From Octopus sinensis (taxonomy: Eukaryota), in NCBI RefSeq assembly GCF_006345805.1, contig NC_043000.1:145638001-145702000 (forward strand): a stretch of DNA of 64,000 bases. The letters are read 5' to 3'. Shown here one piece after another: positions 13,117-24,617 of the stretch. Position numbers and translations under genes: made by a program. The notes below the pieces were generated by a model, which saw nothing but the letters and a program-made list of their open reading frames with translations, did not search any database and was not told the DNA's origin. Position 1 is the first letter of the stretch, and each line of letters opens with the position of its first letter.

Positions 13117-13118
<2 letters not shown>
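12022..13118 (+). repeat. 3' pseudo-LTR including 16-nt tail (13103-13118)
   Basis: Inverted match to 7542-8516; ends in tctttattgctctttg, identical to 8521-8536 just upstream of the ORF. Confidence 0.9.
12880..12969 (+). ncRNA. type I hammerhead ribozyme (3' pLTR copy)
   Basis: Stem I TTTTAG(12880-85)/CTAAAA(12964-69); core CTGATGA 12886-92; stem II GTACGGGAC...GTCCTTGTAT; GAAA 12952-55; stem III AC-GATC-GT; cleavage triplet GUA 12961-63. Confidence 0.85.

Positions 13119-13210
<92 letters not shown>
13119..13210. repeat. (TA)n microsatellite (PLE target site)
   Basis: Read directly; abuts the PLE 3' tail. Confidence 0.95.
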
Positions 13211-13651
13211 CACACGCACATGCATGTATATACATTTACATATATTAATAGATATTTAGATATATATATAAGTATGTATATATTTATGTATGGAAATGTA
13301 GTTATATATATGCGTGTGTGTGTGTGTGTGTGCGTACGTGGCCAATTATTTTCTTTTGCTTTTAATGTGGGAGTTCTGAGCCAATATCAAACGCTCTATT
13401 ATTTTATTTATTTATTTATTATTTTTATTAATCACTCTGATTATTCAGACAAAGATCATTGAACCGCTCAGCGGCAATTACGATATAAATATTTATGCTT
13501 AATACATCCTTACTCATTGGTTATACTTTCTTCCACATAAAATAACATTTAACACACTGTTATTGTTCAGTGTATTACATTCTATATTGTAACCAACTGC
13601 ATGAGTTTCTTAGAAATTATTCCCTTTTCTATATAAATATAAAATCACCCA

Positions 13652-14037
13652 GTGGAGGCGCAATGGCCCAGTGGTTAGGGCAGCGGACTCGCGGTCATAG
13701 GATCGCGGTTTCGATTCCCAGACCGGGCGTTGTGAGTGTTTATTGAGCGAAAACACCTAAAGCTCCACGAGGCTCCGGCAGGGATGGTAGTGATCCCTGC
13801 TGTACTCTTTCACCACAACTTTTTCTCACTCTTACTTCCTATTTCTGTTGTACCTGTATTTCAAAGGACCGGCCTTGTCACTCTCTGTGTCACGCTGAAT
13901 ATCTCCGAGAACTACGTTAAGGTTACACGTCCTGTGGAGTGCTCAGCCACTTACACATTAATTTCAAGAGCAGGCTGTTCCGTTGATTCGGATCAACCGG
14001 AACCCTCATCGTCGTAACCGACGGAGTGCTTCCGTCC
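13652..14037 (+). mobile_element. tRNA-derived SINE, family C, with 74-bp flanking direct repeat
   Basis: A-box-like ggcccagtggttagg and B-box-like ggtttcgattccc; homologous to 21334 and 37470. Confidence 0.9.
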
Positions 14038-15329
14038 ACATTCTATATTGTAACCAACTGCACGAGCTTCTTAGAAATTATTCCCTTTTCTATATGAATA
14101 TAAAGTCACCCTTAACGTAATTATCTTTAAATTTTATTTTCTTCATTTTTATACTCGAGTACTTACCATACATTTAACTACTTATATTTAAGCTCCTAGA
14201 TACGTATTTTAAAACAATTTTATTACTACGAATAGTGGGGTAGTTGTAAATTTGAATTAGGAAAATCCTAAATACAGGGCACAACTACATCAGATTTTAA
14301 CACCACTTGTATCGTAGCTTCAATTAGGAAAACATATTTAAAAATAAAAGCAATTCTACAAAAACAGAAGGAAAAAAATATAGATATCACTCAAAGAAGA
14401 TCTTCCACGAAATGTATCGAGAAAGATATGGTATGACAGTAAACAAAGCAAAGATAAATCTATCTTCTCTTCATAAGGTGAAGAACGTCACCAAGGTAAA
14501 AGGAAAATGTTGCAACAGCATGAGAAAAATATATTCTACTTGAACTGAGCTGAACTTACGAAACACAAGAGTGAAAAGGCTGAGGAGTCACATTGCTACT
14601 GACAAATAATAAATGCATGGGCACTAACTGTATCCGTGTATGTGTATGCATTTGCATGATTCTGTGTTTTATCCTGACGTAATGTATCAGTTACCTTCGG
14701 CATGTATATTTATGCGTAAAAAGGTGTTTCAATTCTGTTATTTTGGATATCAAATTTTATGAATGTCGTTCTCTAAGTCTTCCTTTAGTCTCCCAATTTC
14801 CTTATGTGTATCTATTACAGCTAATATCACATCTACGTATCTAGTGTATATTGCTTGTTTATGTTTTGGTATCAGTTTGCTCTCTATTTGGAAAGCTGAT
14901 ATGAGTGGAGAATCCAAGGTCTTTTCATCTGTTTATACGAGTTTTTTATATGCTCCTCAATAAATAATGCTCTACAGCAGTAAATACACAGAATTAAAAC
15001 ATGATAGTACCTTACAGCTGATACTCTAATAGGCCACTGGACCAAGCTTTCATAGAATTCTGACACAAATATAATACAGCAAATATATAAGAGAATAAAC
15101 CTAACAGGAATACATATGCGACACATAAAATCTGTACATTGGCTCATGTACTACATGAGCCAATGTACACATCCTATCGTGCACATGAATATATAATAAA
15201 AGTACATAGCCGGAGACCATATACTTAAACAAATAATATATTACAAAATCCCAGAGTCTAAATTTCCGTATCATTAACACACCAGGAACACCGTTTTGCT
15301 ACACTGTTATTACTGAGAACCTCATTTAA

Positions 15330-16650
15330 TATATTGCATTTGGTGAATAAGGGAGTTTGATGTCGCTACCGTCATTCACGCCTCTTGCCACGAGGTTCAT
15401 CTGAAACTCTCGACAAGAAGAGATCCAGTTTTGTTTTGAAAACACCTCTATCCAGTTTGTGTAGGTTCCTCGGTCTCTTTCGGAGAATATTAGAAAAGAT
15501 GTAGGCCCTTGAAACACTGGCTGTTGCAGTAATTGGTCTTGAAGCGCGACCGCATGGTCGGTATCTTTGGCACTGCGCAGTGGCGACTCGTTCTGGCATT
15601 CGTGTAGCTTTCAATGACAAAATTTGGCACAATCCTTGCCGTGAACTTCCAGAGGTATATTACTGCATATGTCTCCCGCCCTCGATCCAGGGAGTAGAGT
15701 CTTAGCTATTTTAGCGTTTCCTAGTAGCTGAGCTGATACAGTACGACGATCTTCTTTCTGAAGCTTGGTTGGATTGCTTCAAGCTCCGCAGTTAATTTTA
15801 CACTGTGACGTGGCCAGAGTTGGGAGCAGTAGTCCAGGCGGTTGCGGACAACTTTCCTCTAGAGAGCCATCATAGTTTTCTACTCTTTCATGTTGAAGGT
15901 ACTCAGGAACCACCCAGCAAGCCGTCTACCCTTTGTCGTCATCTTGGTAATGTGCACTTGAAAAGAGGTATCATCACCCATGTCGATATCCAGGTCACGC
16001 ACTGATTTAGGGTTGGGGATGGTAATCCCTCTGGGCCAGTGTACACAATACGTTTATCGTTCAGTTTTGGGAGTTGGTAGCGCAGAGTTTGGAATTTTCC
16101 AGCATTATACTGCACGTTATTATCCTCAGCTCATCTGTAAATTGCGGCCAACTCGTGCCGGAAGCACGCAAAATCGCTAGGGTTTTTTATTTTCTACGAG
16201 ACTTTCATATCGGATTCGTAGCTAACAAGGGTGGCTATCGGGGCAGATGAAGGCATATCTGAGAGGACCACTATGAAAAGCAGTAGTCCCAAGAAAGTAC
16301 CCCGTGAAACACTACTCACTATTTGTGTTTCTTTTGAGGTGGCTCCGTCGGCCACGACTGTCTGACCTCTGTCTTTCAGAAAGTCACGTACCCAAACATT
16401 CTCCAAGTTTTCCAGCTATGCCAAAATCGCGTAGTTTGTGACCTACCGTGATCAACTTTATCAAAAGTGTTTTGCAAAGTCAGGTTATAGTACATCCATA
16501 TTAAATTGTAGAGTAACCACTTCAGCAGCCAGTCATAATACTGTAGGAGCTTTGTCAGGCATTTCCTACCTGGTCGAAAACCATGTTGGGTATAACTCAG
16601 CAACTCGTTTTCTTCAAGGAATGCGATTAATTCTGACTATTCGTTCGACG
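15330..16650 (-). pseudogene. decayed CR1/L2-like LINE reverse transcriptase (3' part)
   Basis: Minus-frame fragments QHGFRPGRKCLTKLLQYYD, FDKVDHG, GTFLGLLLFIVVLSDMP and KLDLFLSRVSDEP; many frameshifts. Confidence 0.85.
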
Positions 16651-17411
16651 ACTTTGCTAATGTGTGAAGTCAGAGAGATATGCCTATAATTTTTGGCATT
16701 TGCTTTGCTTCCTCTTTTATGGATTGGGTAAATTATTCCCTGCTTCAGTTCGCTTGCTACCTTGCCATTTGCAAGAAAACGCGAGAAGAGAATCTGTTGT
16801 GATTTTGCCCGGGCATGTTTGTTTGCACGATTTAAGGAGGATTACTGTGAGGCCAAATTTAACCAAATTAAAGATGAAAAACATGCTTCAGGAACATAAT
16901 TTTTATAGGATTAATCTTCTGGAGGTATGCCGTATGTAATATATAGCGACACAGATAATAATGTGCGTGTGCGTGTGTGCGTGTATGTGTGTGGGAGGTG
17001 TATAACTGTAATGAGCTCCATTACTTCATTTTGCTATCATTATTACTTAATAAGTATTATTTTGCATTCATTCTATATATAGATCTGCAGCAGATCAGTT
17101 TTCTTTAATTCGGTGCCTAACTCCACAACATGAACTGTAGAAGATCAGTTTCGTTTTATTACCTGCTTATCTTCAGAATAGAAAGCTGTGACTTAGATTT
17201 CACTCCATCATTTTCCCTTTGTATCACGCATTCCACATCAGCATTTATGAGATCAGTGGCCATTTTCCTATCTCACTTCAGCATATTTATACATATTTTT
17301 TATTTGAATATATTCATTTTTCCTAAACATAGGACGAAAAAAATTCGGTGGGGCACTCTTCTGTATGTATGCCATGCGTGTAATATAACGACACACATGT
17401 GTGTCGTTGTG

Positions 17412-17459
<48 letters not shown>

Positions 17460-17539
17460 TGTGCGTGTAACTGTAATGACATCAATTACTTTATACCGCT
17501 ATAAGAAATTAAAGGAGCTGGCGTTGAAGGTCACACAAG

Positions 17540-19400
17540 TATAAAATTATTTGACTCGACAATCGGAAGAAGTTACTCCGATTTATCCGTGCATCCAATT
17601 CACTATTAATGTTTCCTTCTGAGGCTACTTTTTCACGAAATATGACGACCGACTTCCTCAAACCGATTGACGGTCAAACTATGTGTACTTTTAGAGAATC
17701 CCGTTTAGCGTTAAATTTATTAGAAGATGACAGCCAGTGCGATAGAACAATGGCTGAGGCTTCAGTGTCACGCACATCTATTTCTTTGAGAGATCTTTTA
17801 GGAATTTTTCTCCTAAATTGTGAAGTAAGTAATTCAGTGGCGTTGTGGCACAAATATAAGAATGATTTATCAGGACACTACAAATATGAAGCACAATTGA
17901 TATTCCCTGAGAAAGAAATTGCATTCGCCGATGACATATACAATTCTGCGTTGGTTAATATTGAAGATAGCGTTGCCTCAATGGGAGGGGATGAGCTCGG
18001 CAAATTTGGTTTACCTGAAATTCATCGAAATGTCGTGAATAATTTGATCATTTAATTTTTGCGAGAAAGCTCATACGATATTGATTCATTAACAAGATTC
18101 CCTGAAGATAATATCCCGAAACATTTGCCAGACCATCAACTTGCATATGCAACAATGATTGATCAATTGACACATAATGGAGAGTGATTATACTTTTTAG
18201 ACACACCAGCAGGAACTTGAAAAAATCTTTTGCTGCAAATTTAGTGCTAGCCAAAGTCCTGCAGAAAATGAAAGTAGCCTTAGCTGTAGCGAACTCTGGA
18301 ATTGCTCCGACTTCAAATGATGAACCTGTATGCAATATTAGTAAAAGTACTTCTTTAGCTCAAATTCTCATGAATTGTTCTTTAGGACGAAGCTACAATG
18401 TCCCTTAAAAATTCAATAGAATTTGTTAGCAGAATTCTGCAGGATTTGCTCGATTAAATTTTGATGCGATGTTTAACAGCTGTAGTTTCAGGTGATTTAA
18501 GACACAAATTGCCAATGATTACCAGGTGAACAAAGGCGGGCGAATTGAAAGCATGCCTGAATTGTTTTATTTTATGGAAACATATGAAATTTTTAAAACT
18601 TACTGCAAATATCAGGGCACGTTTTCATGGGAGTCACCTGTTAGATTAAATTTGCCCATACTATTTTGCACCTTGGAGAAGGAATGCTAGATATCAATCA
18701 TGAAAGAGACTTGTATGCATCAAAAATCTGCACTTCCGTCAGCTCGGTTGAGGAACTTATTGAAAAAGGTTCCAAATACAATTTCAACTTACACAAATGC
18801 TGCTTGGTTGTGCGAAAGAGCAATCATGGTACCAAAGAACGTTACTGTGAGAAATTTAAATGAAAGATTCAAGAAACTTTTAGCTGGAAACGAACATACT
18901 TACAAATCTATAGACTATGTTGTGGGTGAATAAGAATTAGTCAATTACCCGGTTGAGTTCATAAACCCACTGCAGCAACCAGTAGCTCCTCCTTATTGCC
19001 TTCCAATAGGCGCTCTAATTATGCTTCTGCGCAACCTTTCTCAACCAAAGCTACGCTATGGCACAACACCTGCCAAGAAACTAAAGAGAAATGTCATGCA
19101 GGCCACAAAAAATTCTAGCTGTGGAAAAGGTAAACATGTTTTTATTTCTCGTTTAGCTTTAATACCTTCCAATATGTACTTCGAGTTAAAATAACTTCAA
19201 TTTCCAATACGTCTGTCTCTTGCGATGTTCATTAATAAGTCCCAAGGCCAGATTTTCAAAGTTGCTGGTTTCCAATTATAAGAGGACTTTTTGGCGCACG
19301 GTAATACATATGACGTGATATCCAGAGTGGAGAGCAAGAACAATCTTTTTATTTTTGCCCCGACTGGTAAAATCCGAAACATTATCTATAAGGAAATTTT
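17540..19400 (+). pseudogene. decayed Helitron Rep/Pif1-like helicase
   Basis: TFRESRLALNLLEDDSQC...[54 protein letters not shown] and INKSQGQ motifs in order, with stops and frameshifts. Confidence 0.9.
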
Positions 19401-20220
19401 TAACATGGGATCAACAAACTAAATTTGTATAGACTGAAATACTATAGATCACAGATCAGAAGTTTATATGCATCCATGATGATATTAGCCAGAAGAAAAC
19501 AGTTCTACAGTTTACATAAAAGTTAACAACCATTTCTTACATATGTTCAGTAGAATCTAAGTGAATAACTTTAAATATTCATAGTGCAACTTTGGCAGCG
19601 TTTTCAACCCAGTCGATGACGGGTGTTTCAGCATGGTTTTCTTCTCAAGTGGAGTTGACGCAACTCCCAACTCATGTGCAACAAATTGCATTTGGTTAAT
19701 AGATTTTAATTGATCGATTTAGTCTCGGGTTGGATAATCTATACATGCCGAGAATATCCTGGAATCTAACTAGCAGTTTTACAACGATCGATTAGGTCTT
19801 ATTATATATATATATATATATATGTATGTATATAAATATACACTTTATTTAAAAGCAGCAGAAATTTAACAAAAGCTGTTACTCGGAGTTTCGCGTTCAC
19901 GTTCGTCGGACAGTGTTTACTCAGGTATATATATACATATATACATACAAACACACACACACACGCACACACACACGCACACACACACACAAACACACAC
20001 ACACACACATATATATATATAAATAAATGTCAATGGTATTTTTCTTCGAAAGATGTAAAGCAATATCAAGCACAAAAGTTCACTAGTAGCATGCCTCATA
20101 AGAATTTCACAGAATCTGTACATGTATTCATACAAACACATACTCATCCTTTTCTGTGTAGTGAGCGCGAAACTAAACAAAACCTGTGCGATAAGTTTAA
20201 AATATAAGTCTGTGCAATGT

Positions 20221-20434
20221 GGCGAGCTGGCAGAAACGTTAGCACGCCGGGGTAAATACTTAGCCGTATTTCGTCTGTATTTAAATTCTGAGTACAAATT
20301 CTGCCGAAGTCGACTTTGACTTTCACCCATTCGGGGTCGATAAATTAAGTAACATTTGCGTACTGGGTTCGATCTAATCGACTGGCCCACTCCCCCAAAA
20401 TTTCAGGCCTTGTGCCTAGAGTAGAAGAGAAAAT
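20221..20434 (+). mobile_element. tRNA-derived SINE, family B
   Basis: ggcgagctggcagaaacgttagcacgccggg...gtcgactttgactttcacccattcggggtcgataaattaagt; homologous to 48260, 53067, 53314 and 57495. Confidence 0.85.
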
Positions 20435-20451
20435 ACGTGTGTCCGTTTGTA

Positions 20452-20589
<138 letters not shown>

Positions 20590-21333
20590 CTAAACATACA
20601 GACACTCGCGCATACAAATGTCAGTGCATTTCCTTTCATCCTTGCTTAGCTGTAGTAAAATAGTTTAAAATATAATGCATTTCTGAGTATTTCTATGTAT
20701 GAAAGCCTCAAATTCAAAATAATAGCCCATATTAGTCTGAAAATTTTCTTATATAATGATTGAGTAGGAATAAGTTAGACACAACAAAAATAATTGGGGG
20801 AAGAAGCACTGACAATAGGAACTTAGTGATAGATATTATATCCATGAACTAAGTTAAGGTGTTTAATACTTAATAAGGTTGTCTTAAATATTTTATAAGG
20901 TAAAATTACTTATCCAAGCGACTACATTATCTGACCAACCATCAATTTTCATTATGGCTGGCAGATGAGAAGGAAGTTCGACAGATAACGGAGAAACCAC
21001 ATGATGGTAAGAAAATAATATTGAATGTAGCAGTGGGTGTTAAATTGAACGACTGCTGCAGAAATATCTATCTAATCTATATAACATAACGACCTGTATT
21101 TGCTGGGCATTAAAGCATTTGCTTAACATATTATAATATATAAGACCCGATTATTGCAGTACTCGTCGTAATTGTGGTGTTTAAATCTGGGCAAGTTAGC
21201 AGAGTTACTTATTTCTATATACGGGCAATAAATATACTTTCACCTAGACGTTCAAATTAGAAGCGTAGTATTATAATTTACATTATGACTTCTCCCAGTA
21301 ACTCACAAATCTTAGCGTAGTATTACAATTTAT

Positions 21334-21713
21334 GTGGAGGCGCAATGGCCCAGTGGTTAGGGCAGCGGATTCGCGGTCGTAGGATCGCGGTTCTGATTCC
21401 CAGACCGGGCGTTGTGAGTGTTTATTGAGCGAAAACACCTAAAGCTCCACGAGACTCCGGCAGGGGATGGTGGTGATCCCTGCTGTACTCTTTCACCACA
21501 ACTTTCTCTCACCCTTACTTCCTGTTTCTGTTGTACCTGTATTTCAAAGGGCCGGCCTTGTCACTCTCTGTGTCACGCTGAAAATCCCCGAGAACTACGT
21601 TAAGGGTACACGTGTCTGTGGAGTGCTCAGCCACTTACACATTAATTTCATGAGCAGGCTGTTCCGTTGATCGGATCAACCCTCGTCGTCGTAACCGACG
21701 GAGTGCTTCCTCC
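21334..21713 (+). mobile_element. tRNA-derived SINE, family C
   Basis: Closely similar to 13652-14037 from head to tail. Confidence 0.9.
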
Positions 21714-23554
21714 TATTATAATTTATATTGTGATTTCTCACAGTAACTCACATATTTATGAAGTGTGCGATTTATGTAATTAAATATACCTCATTTTACT
21801 AAACGTACTGAATGCTTCACTCTGGAGATAAAGGGTGCACTGCCAAAAGTGAAATTTCGCGTGGCTTTGTGCTCTTCTGTGTGTAAATTTGCTGAAATGT
21901 CATAGAGTGTAGTAACAGTAAGACATCAATGGTACAATAACCATGCATCTTTTAACTTATATATTCAAACGTAAAATCTATAACCAAAAGAGTCAAGTTA
22001 ATAGGCGGTTTGGACGACTGAAATATTAAAGTTAAATAAAATATACCCTTGGGTCGTATGTTACGCTGGCTATATTGATATCAATTAGTCACTCCACTAA
22101 AAATTATTATTAAAGTTGCTAGATCAGAAATATGAAGGTTTTATGATGATAGTGTATCGATAATGCATATGAAGATCTGATAATTTGGGGAACGACAGAT
22201 AAGCTGTATGGAGAAATAGATTATGTGAAAGAGAGTCAATACTTGATAGTAATGGCCTTAAACTACAATATGCTATATATTTCAAACACACGCATGCATA
22301 CACAATCACATACACAGAGAGTTATAAAAACACTCACATTTATATAAACATTGGATATGCTAACTAAATATTCTTCGACGTCACGAATGCGTACTCAATT
22401 GAATTAACATATGACAGCTTGCAAAAGGAGGTATAAGTAAATTTTAAATTAAGAACCAGCGTTATTAGAAGATAACCCGAGACAACTGTACATTTATATA
22501 CATTTTGAAATACTTCATTTGCTGGGGAAATAAGCATGCTTCAAACTATTCGTTATCTGTCAGAAACAGATGCAGATATCATAGCTGAGAGCTAATGTGA
22601 ACGTATGTCATATCAAATTCCATTACATTAACAGAGCGAACACAAAATATATAAGGCGATAAATTTCCCCCGTACAGACAATAATATATTGTTGCGGGGT
22701 TTCGCATTCAAATAAAGAGTACAAAATGATCCCCTCATCTTCTCAGTTAATCTGGTAATGATGGTAATTTAATTTTTAAATAATAATCATACGTTTATAC
22801 GTCAATATGGAATTTAGTATTAAATTGATAATTATATAAGCAATTTCTCGGGGAAAACCAATGAAATAGCAAATAAATGGAAGGGGAATATAATTATACA
22901 ATCCAAAGAATATAAGTAAATTAATCTTTTAAACATTTGACATTCGTTGGCAACTGAAAGGAAGATAAAGGGAGTAAATATGACTACATGCTAAGTTTTC
23001 AAACTACAACTCAAAATTCAGTGTACAACTGAATTAAAAGTGTATGAAATGTTCCTTTCCAAAATCTGAGATTCATAGAAATAAGCAAAAACGGAAAAGA
23101 GGTAATGAAGTGTGACAGAACAGATTATGCATGCGTGTAGGTTTGTACTTAAATGTTTATCAAAGGATGAATATGTGCAAATCGTGCGTTCCTTTGCCTG
23201 TATGTATTATTGCACATACACACGCACATACATACACACACATACACACACACACACACACACACAAGCTCACACACACATGCATATTATCACACACATG
23301 GATATTATCTTCTACCTTTTACTTTCTTAGAGTTGTTTGACAGCAGCCAAGCTGGGGTGATACCTTGAAGGGTTTATTCGAACAACACGAAACTCCGCAC
23401 TTATAGTGGTTCTTAGACTGGTACTAAATTGATCGGTCTTTTCGAAGAACCTTTACGTTATGTGGACATAAACAAATAAAGGCTGATTGTCAAGCCATGG
23501 CGGTGGACAAACACACACACAAAGATACATAAAAGTACATACACACGCACACGA

Positions 23555-23635
<81 letters not shown>

Positions 23636-23794
23636 AGAAGCAAGTGGATATAATAACAATGGGAAACTCATGGTTTACGCTGGCATGTCTTTAATTAGTT
23701 AGGTAACAAAGAATTGAGAAGCAGAGATGAGGGTGGCATTTACGATCGTTTAATTTTACAGAATGTGAGTATAGATAGATGCATCGGTTAGGAT

Positions 23795-23826
<32 letters not shown>

Positions 23827-23892
23827 CGTATGTATATACTTCAACAATGTGACTACACAAATACTGTTGGCAATTGGACTTCTCCCTTTCTC

Positions 23893-23927
23893 CTTTCTGA
23901 GGAAGAGTTAGGCTCGAAACGTCAAAG
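23893..23927 (+). ncRNA. minimal type I hammerhead-like motif in a small (TA)-flanked element
   Basis: CTTT-CTGAGGA-A-GAG(TTAGG)CTC-GAAAC-GTC-AAAG; stem III reduced to the palindrome ACGT. Confidence 0.6.
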
Positions 23928-24194
23928 CAATATCTTTTTACCGATCGTCAAACAACTATATTCCTTGTGCACGTCTTCTTGTCCGTTAATTTTATTTCTT
24001 TACTTGAATTGATTGTCTGTCTGAATTGTCTATATATACTAAGTTGAAAAAATAGTTCTTGCGCTGATAGTCACCATTGAACATAACATGGACTGAATGA
24101 ACACACACACCACAAAAATATACAAAAACGCATTATTTTAACACGGCACATGAACATTTTCCTCGACTTAATAAATCTCTTTACTATTTACTAC

Positions 24195-24617
24195 TATTTA
24201 CTTGTTTCAGTCATTTGACTGCAGTCATGCAGGATCACCGCCTTTAGTCGAGCAAATTGACCCTAGGACTTATTCTTTGTAAGCCTAGAACTTAATGTAT
24301 CGGTACCTTTTGCCGAACCGCTAATTTACAGGGACGTAATCACACCAGCATCGGTTGTCAAGCGATAGTGCGGACAAACACAGACAAATAAATATATACA
24401 AACACATACACACGTACAAACTCTACCCACACAAACACACGCACACAAACACACGCGCACACACACATATGTGCATATATACGACAGGCTTCTTTCAGTT
24501 TCATTTTAACAAATCCACTCACAAGTCCTTGGTTGGACTGAGGTTATAGAAGAAGACACTTGCCCAAGTTGCAACGCAGTGGGACTGAACCAGAATCATG
24601 TGGTTGAGAAGTAAGCT
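24195..24617 (-). mobile_element. tRNA-derived SINE, family A
   Basis: Homologous to 26140 and 52279. Confidence 0.85.

Larger units (their letters stand above)
7542..13118 (+). mobile_element. Penelope-like retroelement (EN+, probably Hydra-type clade) with inverted 5' pseudo-LTR
   Basis: RT plus C-terminal GIY-YIG ORF; ~1 kb inverted terminal repeats; HHR motifs; 16-nt 3' tail; both ends abut (TA)n. Confidence 0.93.

Noticed and set aside
13652-13730. tRNA gene calls at SINE heads (also 21334, 37470, about 52620)
   Set aside because: The A/B-box heads continue into SINE bodies with tails and TSDs, and I could not fold a complete cloverleaf
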